Source: an uncultured Chroococcidiopsis sp.
GTDB lineage: Bacteria > Cyanobacteriota > Cyanobacteriia > Cyanobacteriales > Chroococcidiopsidaceae
Reading direction: 5' to 3'
Length of the DNA stretch: 64,000 nt
Assembly (NCBI GenBank): GCA_964248365.1
Contig: CAXTYC010000009.1
Coordinates: forward strand, 61,991 to 125,990
The translations under genes were made by a program, and so were the position numbers. Each line of letters starts with the position of its first letter. Positions within the stretch are counted from its first letter, which is position 1. The notes under the pieces were generated by a model, which made no database searches, was not told the origin of the DNA, and was given only the letters and a program-made list of their open reading frames with translations. This document shows, in pieces, positions 38,919 through 49,440 of the stretch.

Positions 38919-39869
38919 ATGAATTTTAGTGCTGCTCTACCTACTTTTGTAATTACACTCCGAGAAGGAGTAGAAGCCGCCTTAGTGGTGGGTATTGTAC
39001 TGGCATTGCTGAAAAAAGCAAAGCAGAGCCAGCTGAACAATTGGGTTTTTGCTGGTGTCGTAGCCGGAATTGTGGCTAGTGCGCTGATCGGTGTATTATT
39101 TAGCGTGGTAATTCAAGCTTTGAGTGCAGTCGATCCCAGATACACCCCAGTAGTAGAACCACTGATGGAGGCAGTATTCGGCGTTATAGCGATCGCTATG
39201 CTCAGTTGGATGCTCATTTGGATGACTCGTCAAGCAAAGTATTTAAAAGCAGAAGTTGAAGGAAATATCACCTCTGCTTTAAACAAAAATAGTGCGGCTG
39301 GTTGGGGTATCTTCAGCTTAATTTTCATTGCTGTTGTCAGAGAAGGCTTTGAAACTGTTCTATTCATTGCTGCTAACTTTCAACAGGGGTTTTTCCCAGC
39401 TTTGGGCGCTGTTAGTGGTTTGGCAGTTGCGATCGCTATTGGATTTGGGCTATTTAAATGGGGTGTCAAAATTAACATCCGCAAGTTTTTCCAAATCATG
39501 GGCGTTTTATTGCTCCTGATTGTTGCTGGATTAGTTGTCTCGTCATTAGCACACTTTGACACTGCTGTTGCTACCCTAGCCCAAATGGATCGCTCATCAG
39601 AAAGTCTTTGTTTCTATTACGAAAGATTTACCAAAAACCCCTCTTGTATTTTAGGTCCAAGGGTTTGGGATACCTCCAAAATTTTACCTGACGATGCATT
39701 TCCAGGGCTAGTTCTCAAAGCGCTGTTCGGCTACAGAGAAAACCTTTTTCTTGTGCAAGCAGTGGCTTATGTCGTATTTTTACTGACTGTAGGGGGGCTT
39801 TATTTCCGCAGCTTAGGTGTTGGAAGTACGAAAAAGCCAAATCAACCAGTTGCACAAAAAACCAATTAG
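38919..39869 (+). CDS. FTR1 family iron permease (EfeU-like)
   Basis: Two REGxE motifs (LREGVE, VREGFE); multiple TM segments. Confidence 0.92.
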   Translation: MNFSAALPTFVITLREGVEAALVVGIVLALLKKAKQSQLNNWVFAGVVAGIVASALIGVLFSVVIQALSAVDPRYTPVVEPLMEAVFGVIAIAMLSWMLIWMTRQAKYLKAEVEGNITSALNKNSAAGWGIFSLIFIAVVREGFETVLFIAANFQQGFFPALGAVSGLAVAIAIGFGLFKWGVKINIRKFFQIMGVLLLLIVAGLVVSSLAHFDTAVATLAQMDRSSESLCFYYERFTKNPSCILGPRVWDTSKILPDDAFPGLVLKALFGYRENLFLVQAVAYVVFLLTVGGLYFRSLGVGSTKKPNQPVAQKTN

Positions 39870-40086
39870 TTCCCACCTATAAGGGGCTAAGTATTGATAG
39901 CTAAGTAGGTAGACACGCCCTCGTTAGATTACGACAAGTCTTATATCCCCCCTTTTCCCTCTTAATCACCCAGAACAGGGGGAATATTTTTTATTAAGCG
40001 GAAAAAGACTAGATCTTTTACTAATTGATAATTGCTCGCTAGTAATTGATAATTGATAATATAGCAATCCTAAAACATTCGTGAAC

Positions 40087-40140
40087 AGTATGCCACCCAT
40101 GCCCACCATTATCAAATAGGGTGGGCATGGGTGGCATACT
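40087..40140. repeat. Perfect 21-bp inverted repeat
   Basis: AGTATGCCACCCATGCCCACC (40087-40107) / GGTGGGCATGGGTGGCATACT (40120-40140); related sequence near 49467-49515. Confidence 0.85.
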
Positions 40141-40158
40141 AGAAATTTCACTTCCACC

Positions 40159-40974
40159 ATGACAACAGCGCGAGTTAAACAGTTATTCACCCATCCAGTT
40201 AAAGGGTTAACACCACAGTCACACCACCAGGTTTATCTGCAAGCTGGGCATGGTATCCCAGGCGATCGCGCTTTTGCGCTGATGTACGATGATTCTTGTA
40301 AAGAAGCAATATATCCCGCCTCTACATCGGTTGGGTGGATGAAGAAGCAAAACTTCGCTATGCAAGCTGATTGGGCAGGTTTAGCGGCGCTCGATTGTAA
40401 GTATGAACCCCAAACAGGTATGTTCACCGTCAAGCGCCAGGGTGTACAATTATTAGTTGCCTCTTGCGATACCCCAGATGGACGCAGTGCGATTAGCGCT
40501 TTTTTTACAGGTTATCTAGCAGCTATTTACCCAAGCCAAACAGCTAAACATCCCTCGCGCGCACCCTTAAAGCTAGTAGGCGAGGGCAGGGGCAACACTC
40601 GCTATCCCGATCGTGAACCAGTACACTTGTCTATAATCAGTCAGGAAACTTTAGACGAACTATCTGCGATCGCCGAGTTATTCATCGATGTGCGTCGCTT
40701 CCGCCCCAATATCTTACTATACGGCGTACCCCCTTGGGCAGAATTTGACTGGGTGGGGCAAGAAATTCAACTTGGCAGGGCGCGGCTAGAAATTACCGCC
40801 CCGATTAATCGCTGCTTAAATATTGATGTGAATCCAGATACGGGCGAACGAGATATCCCACTTCTGTCTTTACTACAAAAGCACTTTAAACATAAACAAA
40901 CAGGAGTCTTGGCAAAAGTCCTTACCGATGGCTCAGTGTCTGTGGGTGACACCTTAGCGGGATTGAGCGCTTAG
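40159..40974 (+). CDS. MOSC domain-containing protein
   Basis: HPVKGL, GDRAFAL, RRFRPNI, RCLNIDVNPDTGERD, G.V.VGD. Confidence 0.88.
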   Translation: MTTARVKQLFTHPVKGLTPQSHHQVYLQAGHGIPGDRAFALMYDDSCKEAIYPASTSVGWMKKQNFAMQADWAGLAALDCKYEPQTGMFTVKRQGVQLLVASCDTPDGRSAISAFFTGYLAAIYPSQTAKHPSRAPLKLVGEGRGNTRYPDREPVHLSIISQETLDELSAIAELFIDVRRFRPNILLYGVPPWAEFDWVGQEIQLGRARLEITAPINRCLNIDVNPDTGERDIPLLSLLQKHFKHKQTGVLAKVLTDGSVSVGDTLAGLSA

Positions 40975-41528
40975 CTTAGAAGAAAGCTAAAAAGATGGGG
41001 ATAATTCCGCGCCCCAGCGCTCCAAATTGTCCATTTGCCTATTTTATTGCTTGGAAAAGGCAATAATAATTAGCGCCCAAATAAAGAAAAAATTAAATTT
41101 AATTTAGTCAGTCAACTCCAAACCGCGATTGACGAATTGTCAATTCACTAATTATTTTGACTTATACATTATTTTACTATATTTTTACCAAAATTAGCGA
41201 TTTTACTTATTTCACAACACATTAGCGTTAAATCACATTAGTAATTGTACTATTACCCGTGAAAATACTGTGGTTCCTAGCCGGAAATATAAGATATATT
41301 TTTTAAAGTTTTGAGCAAATAAAAAGAAATCATAAACCGAGTAATTTAGGTAATTGATTGCCTAAATTATTCTCACCTAAGTTATTACTGATACCAAAGC
41401 AATTAATTTAATTATTTTGTCTCTGGAGATTTATCAACTACCAAAGACAAAAGAAAGATTGTAGTCGAATTAAATAATTACAAAAACAGCAACATTATAG
41501 CAATTTTGCGTGATATCGGAGTGTATCT

Positions 41529-41846
41529 ATGTATTTATTCATGATTTTCATTGCGGCATTTGCCTATACAATGGGTGGGATGTACATGAAACTTTCTAAA
41601 GGACTATCTAAACCAGGACCTAGTTTACTGGTATATTTCTTTTTAACAGCGGGAGCAAGCTTAGAAAGTCTGGCTATGCATCATTCCGAGCTTGGGGTTA
41701 CATATATTTGTGTGATTGGAGTTGAGTTTGTTTTGGCATTTTTATTCGGCAGTCTACTTTTTAGAGAGAATTATTCTCATAGTAACTTATTTGGTGTATC
41801 TTTAATTGTTGCTGGTCTAATATTATTAAATGCAGGTAGTTTGTGA
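41529..41846 (+). CDS. SMR/DMT-type four-TM transporter (atypical)
   Basis: 105 aa with four TM segments; MKLSKG, LGVTY, FRE..GVSLIVAGLILL; lacks the canonical TM1 glutamate. Confidence 0.8.
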   Translation: MYLFMIFIAAFAYTMGGMYMKLSKGLSKPGPSLLVYFFLTAGASLESLAMHHSELGVTYICVIGVEFVLAFLFGSLLFRENYSHSNLFGVSLIVAGLILLNAGSL

Positions 41847-41974
41847 TTAGCTTTTAGCTTTTAGTGGTAACTGGTAACTGGTAACAGTGCGCGATCGCGA
41901 TCGCACCTGCAAAAGAGCAATTTGTAATTTTAAGCAGAATGGAAGAATTTTGAATCAGAGTTTAAGAAAAATCT

Positions 41975-43621
41975 ATGGGTCGTTCACTGTTGTTTAGGAA
42001 CTTTAACCAGGCAATGCAGATTACCCATTACTGTAAAAAAAATAATATCACAAATAGCCAGGGTATTGAGCTGCTAGCCGAGTTAACAACCCTGATGACG
42101 AGGGAGCAAACAAATCTTCGCCGCCACTCACACACAGCAGTAAGCTATGTTGACATCCAACAGCAGCCCCAGAATACTTATTTAACTGCGAAGATGGGAC
42201 AGAATGCGAAGATTGGGATTGTAGGGGCAGGTCTAGCTGGTTTAGCTTGTGGCTACCAATTCAAACAGCATGGCATCTTTGCTACTGTTTACGAAGCTAG
42301 TAACAGAGTGGGTGGTCGTTGCTTCTCCTTAGGAGGCTCTTTCCCTGGTGCGGTTAACTTTCCTAACCAAGTTGTCGAAAGGGGAGGCGAGTTCATCGAC
42401 AGTCAAAACAAAACGTTACTAGGTTTGGCAAAAAAATTTAACTTGACGCTTAATGATGTTTCCTCACAGCCTGGGGAGGTTGTTTGCTACTTTAATGGAC
42501 ACCGCTTTACACAATCAGCCATTATAGATGAGTACCGCGACTTTTTAGCGGCAATAGATGCAGACTTACGTCTGATTTCATCCAAACCCACTGCCGACAA
42601 CCACACGCCGACTGATGTTTGGTTTGACAATATCAGCCTTTTGGAGTACCTTGAAATTCGCCAACCAGGAGAATTAGTTAAGGCGATAATTAACTCCGCT
42701 TACATGGCAGAATATGGGCTGGAGTTAGAACAGCAAAGCTGTCTTAATTTTTTGCTAGTGGTACATGAAATCGAGAAGTCAAAAGCAACACCGTTTCATA
42801 TTTTCAGTGACGAATGTTACCACATCGCTGGAGGAAACGAGCAAATCGTCCGCTGTTTAAGCAACGAACTCGAAGGGCAAATTAATCTTGGGATGAAGCT
42901 TGTGAGGGTGCGTAAGAATTCTATGAACTCGCTTGAACTCACCTTTGACAATGGCAGCCAAACTATTAGTGTAGAATATGATGCTGTTGTCCTGGCGATT
43001 CCTTTCTCGGTTCTGCGTCAGGTCGAATTAGATGCAAGTCTTGAGTTACCTACCTGGAAGTTAGAGGCAATCAACAAGCTGGATAACGCTACTCATGCCA
43101 AAATGATGATTGGCTTCAATGGTCGCCCTTGGGTTGATTTTGATAGCAACGGAGCAAGCAACTCGAATTTGCCAAATCATCAGGTGACTTGGGAGGCAAA
43201 CCCGACTGGGGCGACTTCTGACCATGCTGTTCTGGTAGACTATTCGAGTGGTAAGCGAGGGGCGACGCTCAACGCAAAAGGAGTTCAGGCAAAAGCGAAT
43301 TTGTTTCTAAGAGACCTTGAAAAAATCTATCCCCCTGCGATCGCCGCCGCATCGCGCGATCAAAGGGGTAACTTACTGGCACATCTAGAACATTGGGCTT
43401 CAAATCCTTTGGCACAAGGTAGCTATGCTTGCTACAAACCAGGGCAGTTCACAACGATCGCAGGTAATGAAGGTAAAGCGATCGACAACCTTTACTTTGC
43501 AGGTGAACACACCAACTCCTTTTATGAGTGGCAGGGTTATATGGAAGGTGCTGCTGTCTCTGGTATTCAAGCCGCAAACGGAATTCTTCAACATCTCAAG
43601 CTCAAAATCTTGAGATGCTGA
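41975..43621 (+). CDS. Flavin monoamine/polyamine oxidase family protein
   Basis: VGAGLAGLAC, YEASNRVGGR, ERGGEFID, GGNEQI, LYFAGEHT..GYMEGA. Confidence 0.9.
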   Translation: MGRSLLFRNFNQAMQITHYCKKNNITNSQGIELLAELTTLMTREQTNLRRHSHTAVSYVDIQQQPQNTYLTAKMGQNAKIGIVGAGLAGLACGYQFKQHGIFATVYEASNRVGGRCFSLGGSFPGAVNFPNQVVERGGEFIDSQNKTLLGLAKKFNLTLNDVSSQPGEVVCYFNGHRFTQSAIIDEYRDFLAAIDADLRLISSKPTADNHTPTDVWFDNISLLEYLEIRQPGELVKAIINSAYMAEYGLELEQQSCLNFLLVVHEIEKSKATPFHIFSDECYHIAGGNEQIVRCLSNELEGQINLGMKLVRVRKNSMNSLELTFDNGSQTISVEYDAVVLAIPFSVLRQVELDASLELPTWKLEAINKLDNATHAKMMIGFNGRPWVDFDSNGASNSNLPNHQVTWEANPTGATSDHAVLVDYSSGKRGATLNAKGVQAKANLFLRDLEKIYPPAIAAASRDQRGNLLAHLEHWASNPLAQGSYACYKPGQFTTIAGNEGKAIDNLYFAGEHTNSFYEWQGYMEGAAVSGIQAANGILQHLKLKILRC

Positions 43622-43726
43622 ACAGATGCACACAAATTAAACTCTTTAAATAGTTAAATCTTAGGCGGTGATAATACCGTTACGGAAAAAAGTTTTTGAT
43701 TTTTGTACTGGAAAGAGATTAGCCCT

Positions 43727-44134
43727 ATGGACAAGCGTTTCGATTTTTATGGTCGGCATCTTCTGCTGAATTTTTCAGGATGTGAAGCCGACTTGGATAA
43801 TCTTGATCAGATCAAGCGCGATATGTCGAGAGCGGTAAATTTAGTAGGAGCAACAATTTTAGCCGATCTCGCTCACAAATTTGATCCTTGTGGCGTTTCA
43901 GTCATTTTCATGCTTTCTGAGTCCCATGCCAGCGTACATACCTATCCAGAATATAATGCTTGTTTCTTAGATATCTTTACTTGTGGAGATCAAATTCGCG
44001 TTGAACCATTTGGAGAGATGCTCGAAAAGCTTTGGCGACCAAAGTGGGTTGACAAACAACTCCACGAGAGATTCGATCCAGTAATCAAAACACCTTCACC
44101 GTTACCACTAGCAATCAAAGGGGCTAGGGGCTAG
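43727..44134 (+). CDS. speD: S-adenosylmethionine decarboxylase proenzyme (pyruvoyl, class 1b)
   Basis: GRHLL, HKFDPCGVS, LSE/SHASVHTYPE cleavage site, DIFTCG. Confidence 0.9.
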   Translation: MDKRFDFYGRHLLLNFSGCEADLDNLDQIKRDMSRAVNLVGATILADLAHKFDPCGVSVIFMLSESHASVHTYPEYNACFLDIFTCGDQIRVEPFGEMLEKLWRPKWVDKQLHERFDPVIKTPSPLPLAIKGARG

Positions 44135-44250
44135 AAGAGGATGAGGGGATAGGATGGTGAGGTGATGGGGTGTGGTGGTGTTTTCCCACTCTCCCCCTCT
44201 CCCTATCTCCCCCTCCTCCTTGTCTTAATTAGATTGGGAGTAAATAAATT

Positions 44251-45168
44251 GTGAGTATAGAATTTCATAGCTGGATTAGCGATCAAATCAGTCCAAATGA
44301 AATCCGCTTACTTGGGCGAGTGGGTGGTATGGAAGCCAAGCTAACTCGTTTTCAGTCTATGGAATTTGCTTCATCAGCAGCTTATGGTGATATCCTCCTG
44401 CTGGATAACACGATTCAATCAGCCCAAGCTGATGAATATCTTTATCATGAAGCTTTGGTTCAACCAGCTATGTTTACCCATCCTCATCCGCAACGGGTTT
44501 TAGTGATTGGGGGTGGGGAAGGGGCGACACAGCGGGAGGTTTTGAAACATACTTGTGTCAATACAGTTGTAATGGTTGATCTTGACAAGGAATTAGTTGA
44601 ATTTTGTCAAGAAAAACTACCTTCTTGGCATCAAGGTACTTTTAGCGATCCTCGGCTGACAGTTTTGCATACAGATGGTCGAGCTTATCTAGAACAAAAT
44701 GCAGATCCTTTCGATATCATTATTCTTGATATTACAGATGCTTTGGTTGATGGACCTGCGATCGCTCTATACACAAAAGAGTTTTATGCTCTTTGTCAGC
44801 AGCGTTTAACTGATAATGGAGTACTAGCAGTACAAGGCTTCGCACTTTCACCGCTCAAGTGGACTGAACACGCAACTATCCGGCGTACAATCGCAAAGTC
44901 ATTTCCCCTTGTGCGTAGCTACACAGTATTTGTCCCATCATTTGCTTGCACTTGGGGATTTATCATTGCCACAAATCGAATTGATCCGGCTGCGATCGCA
45001 TCTGAGGAAATATGTCAGCGCATTAAAAACCGCAATTTAGCAAGTAAGCTCAAAGCTTATGATGAAATTGCCCATCTGGGTATGTTTGGGCTACCAAAAG
45101 ATTTACGACTCAACCTAGCACAGCCTGGAAACATCCTTGAAGATGGTAAACCGCTCATTTTTGACTAA
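44251..45168 (+). CDS. speE: Polyamine aminopropyltransferase (spermidine/thermospermine synthase family)
   Basis: QSAQADEYLYHEALV, IGGGEGATQREVLKH, DIIILDITD, LYTKEFY, VPSF..TWGF. Confidence 0.9.
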   Translation: MSIEFHSWISDQISPNEIRLLGRVGGMEAKLTRFQSMEFASSAAYGDILLLDNTIQSAQADEYLYHEALVQPAMFTHPHPQRVLVIGGGEGATQREVLKHTCVNTVVMVDLDKELVEFCQEKLPSWHQGTFSDPRLTVLHTDGRAYLEQNADPFDIIILDITDALVDGPAIALYTKEFYALCQQRLTDNGVLAVQGFALSPLKWTEHATIRRTIAKSFPLVRSYTVFVPSFACTWGFIIATNRIDPAAIASEEICQRIKNRNLASKLKAYDEIAHLGMFGLPKDLRLNLAQPGNILEDGKPLIFD

Positions 45169-45987
45169 GCCCCTTCGGGGCAGGGAGTAGGGATTCGGGA
45201 GTAGCGCGAAGACAAGCGCGGAGGTTTCCTCCGCGCGGAACGAGGTAAGAGAGGGAGTAGGGGAGTAAAAAACTTTTGGTGCGGGGATACAAGCCCCCTA
45301 AAAATAAAGAATTGTGCCGAGATACAACACTATAAGGCACAAAGCGTCGTTACTTCAATCCTATGCTTTTAAGCATGAGTTCCCGAATCCAAAACGAACT
45401 CTTCCCTACTCCCTTTGACTCAAGAGAGTAGGGGCGCTTCTGTAGGAACGCCCGTTTAGCAAATAAAACAACCGAAAAATTACGGATTTTAAATCGAGTT
45501 AGCTAATCGTACAATCAGTAAAATTACGGTTTTCACAAAGGGTTAACTCAGCTAGTGTCGATTAGATACTAAATTTGTTCTTCCTTTAGTAACCTCAGGG
45601 TGTTTATACAAGTATCACTGAATATTTAATATTGTTTTGAATGCTTAGAAATAAATTTATAGACATTTCTCAAAGTCATTGGAGCTTTTGGTAGTTTCTG
45701 CTGGGAAGATGATTAGAGAGTAATTTGTTTAAATATAAAAATTCATTTTAAACATTTTAATTTTGTCTAGATAGTTCAACATTTTTTTTATATTAACAAT
45801 TTATAGTGTGTAGATTAGCTGAGCTAAAATAGCATTTGTTGATGATGTTTTTGTTTTTCAAGTTGAGTTTTGTTAACGTAGTGTTTGAAAAAAGACAAGC
45901 AGCGATCGCGTGGGGGGAAAATAAAAATTAAAGTCCGTTATAATTGCATCACCCTCATTATTCACCAATGTCTTGAGGAGGTAAAAA

Positions 45988-46059
45988 ATGTTACTTGCTA
46001 TGCTGGACAAAGAAATTAATCCCACTAGCCGCCGCCGCAGAACAGAAATCTTGTATTAA
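45988..46059 (+). CDS. Candidate 23-aa small ORF MLLAMLDKEINPTSRRRRTEILY
   Basis: Strong GAGGAGG RBS just upstream of ATG 45988; ends 123 bp before the CHASE4 GGDEF-EAL gene. Confidence 0.35.
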   Translation: MLLAMLDKEINPTSRRRRTEILY

Positions 46060-46182
46060 CAAGTAAAGGCAAGGATATATCGCGTCTTTCTAGTAAAAAC
46101 AATTACGCGCTTACGAATTATTACATCTTTCTAATGTGTGTGATGCCAAACTTCTCTTAATCATTGCTGCCAAAGCAAAACT

Positions 46183-49100
46183 ATGACGCTGCGTAAAAAA
46201 ACACTGCTAATCACTGGCATCACGCTCTTGAGTCTATTTGTGGCTATATATAGCACTGCTAAGACAATTTTGCTGGGTGGGTTTGCCCAAGTCGAACAGA
46301 AGGATACTCAACAGAATGTGAATCGCGTTATAGACGCATATAATAATGAATTAGTCAAGTTAAATTTAATGAACGCTGATGAAGCAGAGTGGGATGGTAC
46401 TTATGCTGCGGTTGAGTATGGCGACCAAAAGTATTTCAACTCTGCTTTCAACTATGGATCGATGTTAAGAAGCAATATTGATCTAATGCTAGTTATCCGC
46501 CGTTCTGATCGTCGGATAATATTTGCCAGTGCCATACATTCCAAATACAAAAAAAGCTTACCCGTTGCAAAAGATTTACAAAAATACTTTCAGAGCGACA
46601 ACTTCTTACTCCGAACTCACGACACGGATCAAGAACAAATGGGGATGTTGCTACAACCTGAAGGAGCGCTACTAATTACAGCGCGGCAAGTCCTCAAAAG
46701 TGACGGCACAGGTCCCAGTCGCGGCATTATGATTATGGGTCGCTACCTAGAAATCGATCAACTAGGACAACAAACTCATTTTAACATTAGCGTACAACGG
46801 TTTGATCAGCCGCCAATGCCGCTCGATTTTCAAAAAGCTGAGCGGGTATTGATAAAAGGGGCAACAACCTTCGTACAGCCGTTAAACGAAGGTATCATGG
46901 CTGGTTACACCATACTCACAGACATGGATGGGAACAATGCGCTGCTGATGCGCGTAGACGTGCCAAGAGAAATTTATCACAAAGGACAAGCCAGTGTAGG
47001 TTATCTGGTCTGGACATTATTGTTAGTTGGTCTAGTATTTGGTGTCACAACATTTTTACTGTTAGAAAAATTGGTACTGTCTAGGCTTGCGCGTCTTTCG
47101 ACTGATGTAAGCCGAATTGGTGCTAGTGGCGATCTGCGATCGCGCGTACTAATTCCAGGCAAGGATGAATTATCCTACTTAGCTAGCGCCATTAATTGGA
47201 TGTTAAATCAGATCAGTCAGTCTCAAGTGGCGCTGCAAAAAAGTGAAGAACGCTACCGAGTTTTTCTGGCGCAAAGTTCAGAAGGTATTTGGCGCTGTGA
47301 ACTTGAGCAACCAATGAAAATCACGGCTCCTGAAGATGAGCAAATTGAGCATTTTTATCAATACTGCTATTTAGCTGAATGTAACGAGCTTTTAGCAAAA
47401 ATGTTTGGCTATTCATGTGTGCCAGAGATGCTAGGAGCAAGATTCAATGACTTTCTACCTAAATCTATTCCCGCTAATGTGCAGTTCTTACGCGCTTTTG
47501 TTAATTCCGACTATCGCCTAGTTGATGCCGAATTGTGTGAGTTTGATCGGGCGGGGAATATGAGGTACTACCTAAATAATCTAATTGGCATTGTCGAAGA
47601 CGGCTTTTTAGTAAGAGTATGGGGAGTTCAACACGATATTACAGCCCGTAAACAAGCAGAGGAAGCACTACTGCGGGCAAAACTAGCAGAGGCAGCAAAC
47701 CTCGAATTGACCAACGAAATCAGCGAACGCAAACGAGTTGAACAAGCGTTGTTTCGAGAAAAAGAACTGGCTCAGATAACTTTGCATTCAATTGGGGATG
47801 CGGTAATTACTACCGATGCTAAGGGCTACATCCAATCTCTCAACCCAGTGGCAGAAAAACTCACACGATGGAGTGTTGAAGAAGCCAAAGGATTGCCATT
47901 GTATGAAGTTTTCCAGATCGTGAATGAAATTACTCGTGAGCCAGTGGAAAATCCCGTCGAGAAAGCTTTGAATGAAAACCGGATTGTTAAAGCTGCTTAT
48001 AATACTTTACTTATGGGTCGTGATGGCAGTGAATTCGCCATAGATCACTCAGCTGCACCGATTCATGCAAGCGATCGCCAAGTTATTGGCAGTATCTTAG
48101 TATTTCGTGATGTGACTCAAGCCAACTTGATGGCACAGCAGTTAGCATGGCAAGCCTCTCATGACCCATTAACAGAACTGTATAACCGTCGGGAATTTGA
48201 GCAACGCCTAGTTGCTGCTGTCACCAGCGCTCAAACGAGTAACTTACACCACGTCTTGTGCTATCTGGATCTCGACCAATTCAAAATCATCAACGACACT
48301 TGCGGTCATGTTGCCGGAGATGCTTTACTACGACACATCAGCACCCTGCTACCCACTCAACTGCGTAAAACTGACACTTTAGCTCGTTTAGGTGGAGATG
48401 AATTTGGTATCCTGCTGTACTCCTGCCCCAGAGAACAAGCACTGCAAATCGCTAACCTGGTACGCCAGCAAATTCATGATTATCGTTTTGTCTGGCAAGA
48501 TAAAACCTTTAGCATCGGTGTCAGCATTGGCTTAGTTGAGATTAACAAGACCACTCCCGGCGTTGATAGCGTCCTTTCGTCAGCAGACGCTGCCTGCTAC
48601 GTAGCCAAAAACAAAGGGCGTAATCGCGTCCATGTGTTTCAACTCGACGACACCGAGCTTGCCATCCAACAAGGAGAGATGCAATGGGTTTCGCGCATTC
48701 CCAGAGCATTGGAAGAAAATCGCTTTCGCTTGTACTATCAGCCGATAGTACCGATTGCTAATTCTAAAAATGGGAAAGCGCAGGTAAACCATTGTGAAGT
48801 GCTGCTGCGCTTGGAAGATGAATCCGGTCAAATTGTTTCGCCTATGGCTTTTATTCCGGCAGCAGAACGCTACCATTTAATGCACAAGATTGACCGCTGG
48901 GTAATTCAAACTCTGTTTCGCCTGATACAAAAGCAACTATCTTCTGTTGTAGAGCAACAACGAGTGTTTGCTGTGAATTTGTCAGGGGCTAGTCTGAATG
49001 ATGAACACTTTATTACCTTTGTGCAAGAACAATTTGCCATCACGCAGATTCCACCACAATTAATCTGCTTTGAGATTACTGAAACCTTGGCGATTACCAA

Positions 49101-49440
49101 TTTAACTAAAGCAGCAGCGGTAATGCGGCTACTTAAAAATACTGGTGCAAGCTTTGCTTTGGATGATTTTGGTAGCGGGATGTCCTCGTTTGCCTATCTG
49201 AAAAATCTGCCTGTCGATTATTTAAAGATTGATGGAGTATTTGTGCGCGAGATTGTCCACGATCCAACCGCAGCACAGATCGTAGAGGCGATCGCCAAAA
49301 TTGCCTCCGTGATGGGAATTAAAACCATTGCTGAGTTTGTCGAAGATCAGCCTATTCTGAAAAAGTTGGAGCTATTGCAAGTCGATTATGCTCAGGGCTA
49401 TGGTATTGCTTCTCCTTCACCATTAGTATTTAACAACTAA
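46183..49440 (+). CDS. Membrane diguanylate cyclase/phosphodiesterase: CHASE4-HAMP-PAS-PAS-GGDEF-EAL
   Basis: TM, periplasmic D.AEWDGTY..KSDGTGPSRG..MGR (CHASE4-like), TM, HAMP (GKDEL), PAS, RLGGDEF, EVLLR, LDDFGSG. Confidence 0.9.
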   Translation: MTLRKKTLLITGITLLSLFVAIYSTAKTILLGGFAQVEQKDTQQNVNRVIDAYNNELVKLNLMNADEAEWDGTYAAVEYGDQKYFNSAFNYGSMLRSNIDLMLVIRRSDRRIIFASAIHSKYKKSLPVAKDLQKYFQSDNFLLRTHDTDQEQMGMLLQPEGALLITARQVLKSDGTGPSRGIMIMGRYLEIDQLGQQTHFNISVQRFDQPPMPLDFQKAERVLIKGATTFVQPLNEGIMAGYTILTDMDGNNALLMRVDVPREIYHKGQASVGYLVWTLLLVGLVFGVTTFLLLEKLVLSRLARLSTDVSRIGASGDLRSRVLIPGKDELSYLASAINWMLNQISQSQVALQKSEERYRVFLAQSSEGIWRCELEQPMKITAPEDEQIEHFYQYCYLAECNELLAKMFGYSCVPEMLGARFNDFLPKSIPANVQFLRAFVNSDYRLVDAELCEFDRAGNMRYYLNNLIGIVEDGFLVRVWGVQHDITARKQAEEALLRAKLAEAANLELTNEISERKRVEQALFREKELAQITLHSIGDAVITTDAKGYIQSLNPVAEKLTRWSVEEAKGLPLYEVFQIVNEITREPVENPVEKALNENRIVKAAYNTLLMGRDGSEFAIDHSAAPIHASDRQVIGSILVFRDVTQANLMAQQLAWQASHDPLTELYNRREFEQRLVAAVTSAQTSNLHHVLCYLDLDQFKIINDTCGHVAGDALLRHISTLLPTQLRKTDTLARLGGDEFGILLYSCPREQALQIANLVRQQIHDYRFVWQDKTFSIGVSIGLVEINKTTPGVDSVLSSADAACYVAKNKGRNRVHVFQLDDTELAIQQGEMQWVSRIPRALEENRFRLYYQPIVPIANSKNGKAQVNHCEVLLRLEDESGQIVSPMAFIPAAERYHLMHKIDRWVIQTLFRLIQKQLSSVVEQQRVFAVNLSGASLNDEHFITFVQEQFAITQIPPQLICFEITETLAITNLTKAAAVMRLLKNTGASFALDDFGSGMSSFAYLKNLPVDYLKIDGVFVREIVHDPTAAQIVEAIAKIASVMGIKTIAEFVEDQPILKKLELLQVDYAQGYGIASPSPLVFNN

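Noticed and set aside
45472..45529. NtcA binding sites
   Set aside because: Spacing is GTA-N4-TAC, not GTA-N8-TAC
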